Below, in pieces: positions 36,520 through 41,407 of a DNA stretch of 41,407 nt. Under the pieces are notes generated by a model that had not been told where the DNA came from, made no database searches, and was given only the letters and a program-made list of their open reading frames with translations. The first letter of the stretch is position 1; each line of letters opens with the position of its first letter. Location: assembly GCA_002633005.1 (NCBI GenBank), contig NMRA01000008.1, positions 336,045-377,451 on the forward strand, written 5' to 3'. The DNA comes from Phoronis australis. Its lineage: Eukaryota; Animalia; Phoronida. The position numbers and the translations under genes are program-made.

Positions 36520-38100
36520 AAAATGGCCACCAGATGGCGCAAAAACATACACTCCATCCAAAAACGGGATCATGCCATATTTCATAAAATCTGTCAAGGA
36601 ACTTTAGAGAAACGAAGGAAAACAGAACAAAATGAAATTGCCACTTGTGGGCACAGCGTCCATTTGATCTGCCTGACAATCATTGTCTGTTATCTTTATA
36701 TAAATTCACTTTCTAAATTTAATAAAGATCCTGCAGTGGGTTTCGGAGATACAGTTATAGGTGAAAAACAAAACAAAACTACCACTAGGAAGTGCCACAG
36801 TAGTCAGTCGCCATCATCAAACATCTTCTTCACACTGAAAACATATAGGCCAATTTTTAAAACCATCCCCAGAATGATTTGGTTGATCGAGGGGTGGACG
36901 CCAAAAACAAGATTTGAAAACAGCAAAAATGGCCACCAGGTGGCACAAAATACCTCGATTCCATCCAAAAACAGGATGATAGCGTCATCTCACCAATAGA
37001 TGCCTATATTCAAAATTTTTTGAAAATCTGTTGAAGACCCTTGAAGATACAGACTGGTAAACATAAAAAACTAAAATTGCCACTAGGGGGCACACCAAAA
37101 GTTAGATCTGTTCGAAAGTCGTCGTCGTCGTCTGTTATCAACATCATATAAATAAACTTACTAAATTAAGTAAAGATCCTGCATACGGGTTGGGAGATAC
37201 AGCGATAAGCGCAAAAAAACAAAACTGTCACTAGGAGGTGCCACAGTAGTCAAACTAATTGGAAAATCATCGTTAGTCATCCACTTCATAGTAGAAACAT
37301 ACATGACAATTTTCACAATTATCCTTAAAGCGGTTTAGTTGATAGACGAGTGGACGCCAAAAAACATACTCGAAAACAGTAAAAGTAGCCACTAGGTGGC
37401 GCAAACTAGGTCGAATCCATCTGAAAACAGAGAGATGGCGTCACCTCATTAACAGATGCTCGTATGCCAAATTTTGTGAAAATACGTTGAGGACCTTTGA
37501 ACATACAGAGGTAAACGTAAAAAGATGAAATTGCCACTAGGTGGCACACCAGTAGTTAGATCCGTCTGAAAGTCATCGTCCGTTTTCAACATCATATAAA
37601 TATACTTACTAAATTTAGCAAAGGTCCTTCGAACAGTTTAGAAGATACAGCCATAGGCGCAAAACAAAACTGCCACTAGGAGACGCCACCGTAGTCGAAA
37701 TCGTCGGAAAATCATCGTCAGCCGTCCACTTCATAGTCAAAACATACGTGCCAATTTTCACAATCATCCTTTGAGTGCTTTGGTTGATAGAGGGGTAGAC
37801 GCAACAAAACCGACTCGAAAACAGTAAAAATGGCCACTAGGTGGCGCAAAATACGTTGAATCCATCCGAAAACAAGCGGACAGCGTCATCTCACTAATAG
37901 GTGCCTATATACCAAATTTTATGAAAATCCAATCAGGACTTGTGAAGATACAGAGGTAAAAGTAAAACACTAAAATTGCCACTAGGGGGCACACCGGTAG
38001 TCGGATCCGTCCGAAAGTTCGCTCATGCTGTCCCATCCATAGTAGGAACACATGTGCAAAATTTCATGAAGATACATCAAGGTGTTTTAGAGATAGAGCA
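36520..38100. repeat. Higher-order tandem array: about 3.7 units of ~450 bp, each made of three ~150-bp subunits (A-B-C)
   Basis: A-subunit motifs at 36527, 36933, 37389 and 37834 (periods 406, 456, 445). B at 36641, 37080, 37534 and 37979. C at 36782, 37228 and 37673. Confidence 0.9.
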
Positions 38101-39109
38101 GCGGACGCTGGACAGACGGACAGACGGCCGGATGGACGATGATGACGGCATAATGCGTCCACATATAAATATGTGGGCGCATAAAAATTAGTGATACACC
38201 TGAAGTAAACTGGCTGATGAAACGAGTCTAAGACCAATTCTTCATGTCTCATTTTTCAAAGAAAGTTTAAAAGTCAATGAAAACACTCTTGCGTGTAAGC
38301 CTTTTTCACATTGGATTTGGCAACTGTAACTTAACCGATTCTTTCAAAAAAAATCAAACAACGTAATTCACAAGTGTTGCTTATATTTTCAAGTTTGCCA
38401 GTAATGTAGAGAAACTCAAAAAAACTTGAGACGCATAAGTTGGAATTCCCAAGTCACACATGTGCCAAGGATTTCCAAATTTCACAAACAAATGCATCCT
38501 ACAGCTAGTGTCAGAACCCTGATAAAATTCCACCAAGGCCATCTAGGTCTTGCTGGTGAAAGTTCTAAATACCACTTGAGGTAATACTCTAAATACATTG
38601 TTTCTGATATGGCATGTTGTGAAGGAAAATACCAAGGTGGTCTTTCACTTGGAGTGCTTCAAGATTTATTCAACCTGCATGCTTTGGTTTATTTAAAAAC
38701 ATGGGTTTAACTACCATACACTTAACTCACATTCCCACTTAACTCTTCAGTACCCCACATACCAAAAAGATTGCTAGCTCTAAACTAGAAGTGCATTCAG
38801 GTAAATGGCAAAGTTGATTTGAGCTTTCACATGAATTAGCTTTTGTTAACCAACATGGAAGCTATTGCCTAGAAATGACCGGATCACCAAAGTTGTCACA
38901 AGGTTGTGGCGCTAAGATTTTAAACGAATGAGTACGTTTTGATTTTAAAAGAGTTGAGTGCACATACTCATTAGAATGACGAACAAAATATTAACAAAAT
39001 TTATCAACACAACTTGTGCCATTTGTTGACAATAACATCTGCCAATAAGTCTGTTGATACACAAGTGACATGTTCGAAGTGCAGTAAGACATCACTGTTT
39101 CACCGTTAA

Positions 39110-39564
39110 CATCGTGTACGACCCTCAATAAATGGCCCAATTTGGCGAACTTCTCAACATCATATCTCAAAAAACGGTCGTCGTATTCAAATAAAACTTC
39201 CTTTTACTATGCTTTGAGCAACACTGGTCTCCAAACTACTGCTGGGAATTGTTTATAAAATGTTCCACTTTTGCATTCAAGAGTCTATAAAACAAATCTA
39301 AGTTCCATAAAAGGAAGACAAAAAATTTTAAAAACTGCATTACCACTATTGTTGTTTTGAAACCAATGCACCTCCCTTTTTTGCTAAATTTTACTAAAAC
39401 GTCATGGTCACATGACTCAATCAATGGCAGATTGGTAAAAATTCCAAAAAATCAAATTCTACAGCTTTCTACTTTCAGAAAATATTTACTTTTAGTGTAC
39501 TAAAATCTATGGTAATGCAATTACTTGGCTAAATACACAAACTTGTCAACAAGGTCCCATGTGT
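39110..39564 (+). mobile_element. Kolobok-like TTAA element, copy 2 (inverted relative to 10955-11469)
   Basis: Starts TTAA-CATCGTGTACGACCCT. Shares GGAATTGTTT.TAAAA, CAAT.AATG.CAGATTGGTAAAAA, CAAATTCT and CTTTCTACTTT with the reverse complement of copy 1. The right end is degraded (AAGGTCCCATGTG). Confidence 0.7.
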
Positions 39565-39940
39565 TTACTTGGAAGCTTGATCTTTCAGCTTTAATCCATG
39601 ACCGAATTTAAGCGTTTCTGCTGACTGGAGCTTCCCCAAACAGGGTTAGTGGGAAAAGGCCATATGATGGCATATTGTCACCACTCTTTATTTAATGACT
39701 CATTCAATAAGGTGCTTGAATCATTCAATAATAAAATAAACATTACATAATAATCACATGATGTATGCTGAGTAATGCTGCTTAGATTATTCCCAATTGC
39801 ATAGGATCACAGCTGGCATAATGATTTGTATAGGGCCAAATTTTCGGACTACAGTATTGCCAACTGTAATCATGACTACAAGTCCATCAGAAAATTTCAT
39901 AAAGCTATTTCATCATTCAGTCACAATACACACAGCAGCT

Positions 39941-40180
39941 GGTCAGAGGAGGCCTAGTGCCATAGGTGCCCCCTTTCTTTACTCGAGGTCATGGGTTCGA
40001 GTCCCACTGGGTCACACTGCTAAGCCCTTTAGTCAGGTTTCTAGCTCCTCAGCTCGGTTTTAACTAAATATTAATAAAACATAAAAATGGTATGAGCTGG
40101 TCAGTGCAATGGGCCCATACGTGCGGCCTGCGCTCATCTGATACAACGTGTATCAGACCGCGAGAATTATAAAGAAATAG
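39941..40180 (+). mobile_element. tRNA-derived SINE with a 3' stem-loop tail
   Basis: A-box-like AGGCCTAGTG (39950-39959). Consensus B-box GGTTCGAGTCC (39994-40004) in a T-arm TGGG-TTCGAGT-CCCA. Perfect hairpin TCTGATACA-ACG-TGTATCAGA (40137-40157) before an A-rich end. No intact cloverleaf. Confidence 0.7.
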
Positions 40181-40945
40181 TCACCTATTGAGGGTACACT
40201 GCTTTGTTATTGCTGTTATTTGATCTAAATATACACATCTCAAAAAAATAAATGAAATGATCCTTATTACCAAGGCAAAGTAAAAATGAACCCAGTTCCC
40301 ATACCGCAGGTGCATATTCTGTAAGAAATTCCAGCTAATTTTGTATGGTACATTTTACATTAAGAACAGATTTAAAAAACGCTAACAAAAACTAGTCACA
40401 AAACGACAATGGTTCAACCTTTCAGAGAAATGACAACCAAAAAACGAAGTAATTTGCATCAATTCAGAGGAAAGTCAGTTTAGCTGTGAAAAGTCTTCTT
40501 GTAAAGCGGATGAATACCCACAGTCTAACATTTGCTGTTCTGACTTTTCATTTAGTGGTGGTACTGATCTGCACCATTTTTTTCAAAAATTTCCGCCAGA
40601 CCACACCCCAAGTTCACGATAGTTCACAAATCATATATCCTTTCGTCCCAAATGGGTTGGCAGGTATGAAACTACAATACACTTTATTTTATCAATCGAA
40701 AAGTATATCAGTTGAGCACTTCCAACACAATCATCGCCTGTACTCCTTCCACGTCCACGAGCAGGTCAAGGGGGCATGCGCAATGATATTTCACTTTTAA
40801 CAAATTAAAGTGGATTGCACTTTATTCTGGCATTATCAAACAGCAGATAAGTTGGGCTATCAATTTAGGCAAAACATTTAGGCATAACAGAATGACATAA
40901 CCACAGAGTGAAGACATGAAAATAAGTGGATGAAACTAAACTTAC

Positions 40946-40992
40946 TTGGGGCTTGTATTTTCAACCAGTGTCTTTTGCCTGTGTTCGGGCAT
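40946..40992 (-). other. Candidate distal first exon 3' part (MPEHRQKTLVENTSP, phase 2), within a GC/CpG-richer segment extending to ~41230
   Basis: Donor CAA|gtaagt after 40946 and ATG at 40992. Phase 2 does not fit exon 5220 directly. Confidence 0.3.
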
Positions 40993-41330
40993 GTGCAACA
41001 GTTCAGTATTGACAGTAAAACTTTCACTTAAACACCGAACTACGCCAGACGTTGAATATGGGTCCCTTGAGCTGACAGTGCCAGCGTCTCGACTGGCCCC
41101 AGTACAGCCAGTCAACACGGTGCCACCATCGACAGACACTGACAGCCGGAAGACAGTGAGGCCGTGAGGAGGTGAGTGGGCAGATTCCCACACAAGCCAC
41201 ACATGTTGGCGTTTGTATGACAGCTGTACGCATAATTCAAAATGTTCAAAGAAATTAACAATATCAGACCACTGTATTCGACTAGTTCCATTCAAAGAAA
41301 GTTCTGGCTGTAAACGTTAACGACACTTAC

Positions 41331-41407
41331 CATGCAAATCAGCGGCGCAAAACGATAAGCCTTATGATTTCCCGGGAACGATTTGAACGAAAACCACATT
41401 CACAAAG
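41331..41407 (-). other. Candidate exon 3' end running off the window
   Basis: Consensus donor ATG|gtaagt after 41331, in CpG-rich sequence. Confidence 0.3.

Larger units (their letters stand above)
35949..38187 (-). mobile_element. Structurally complete Helentron-associated non-autonomous element (HINE / DINE-1 / pearl type), 2.24 kb
   Basis: Read on +: AACAAG (35949), hairpin CAACGC-AGA-GCGTTG (35957-35971), subterminal IR ATGCGCCCAC (35974-35983), internal tandem array, GGAC/AGAC microsatellite (~38103-38147), stem-loop ATGCGTCCACATA-TAAA-TATGTGGGCGCAT (38153-38182) containing the partner subTIR GTGGGCGCAT, then an A-run. This is the canonical HINE order when read on the minus strand. Confidence 0.85.

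Noticed and set aside
36520-38100. CRISPR-like array, or the 158-aa ORF at 36523-36999 as a gene
   Set aside because: The spacers between motifs are homologous to one another (tandem repeat), there are no cas genes, the context is eukaryotic, and the ORF is not preserved in the other repeat units.
38196-38240. Penelope-type hammerhead ribozyme (CTGAAG..CTGATGAAAC)
   Set aside because: No pairing stem II between a CTGANGA and GAAA, and no closing stems.
39941-40015. Functional tRNA gene
   Set aside because: T-arm and B-box are present, but the acceptor and anticodon stems do not pair. Better explained as a SINE head.
408-41295. The short ORFs of the supplied six-frame track as stand-alone genes
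   Set aside because: Most start at TTG/GTG, show no recognisable domain and have lengths expected by chance. Only those overlapping spliced exons or the transposase remnant carry signal.

Overview
AT-rich eukaryotic (metazoan, probably invertebrate) genomic DNA that is almost entirely intronic. There is no prokaryotic gene structure, CRISPR array or rRNA, and nearly all ORFs in the supplied track are incidental. The minus strand carries the 5' part of a spliced gene I cannot name. Three phase-compatible coding exons (5220-5143, 4271-4210, 611-464) encode a low-complexity N-terminal region, and the gene continues beyond position 1. Upstream of them, candidate alternative first exons with consensus donors are spread over about 35 kb. 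The introns hold transposon remains: an internally deleted Tc1/mariner element with TIRs, TA target duplication and a transposase remnant (3076-3964); two copies of a TTAA-flanked Kolobok-like element; tRNA-derived SINEs; and several dispersed and tandem repeats. The most striking object is a structurally complete 2.2-kb Helentron-associated element (HINE/pearl type, 35949-38187). Its internal higher-order tandem array carries 11 same-orientation CTCF-like motifs at roughly 150-bp spacing, and an older diverged relative lies at about 21.4-22.1 kb. Other notable signals are a dense GTCACATG/CACGTG E-box cluster (2299-2690) and a perfect IR1 nuclear-receptor element (34867-34879). All calls were made by eye; none has been checked against a database or RNA data.
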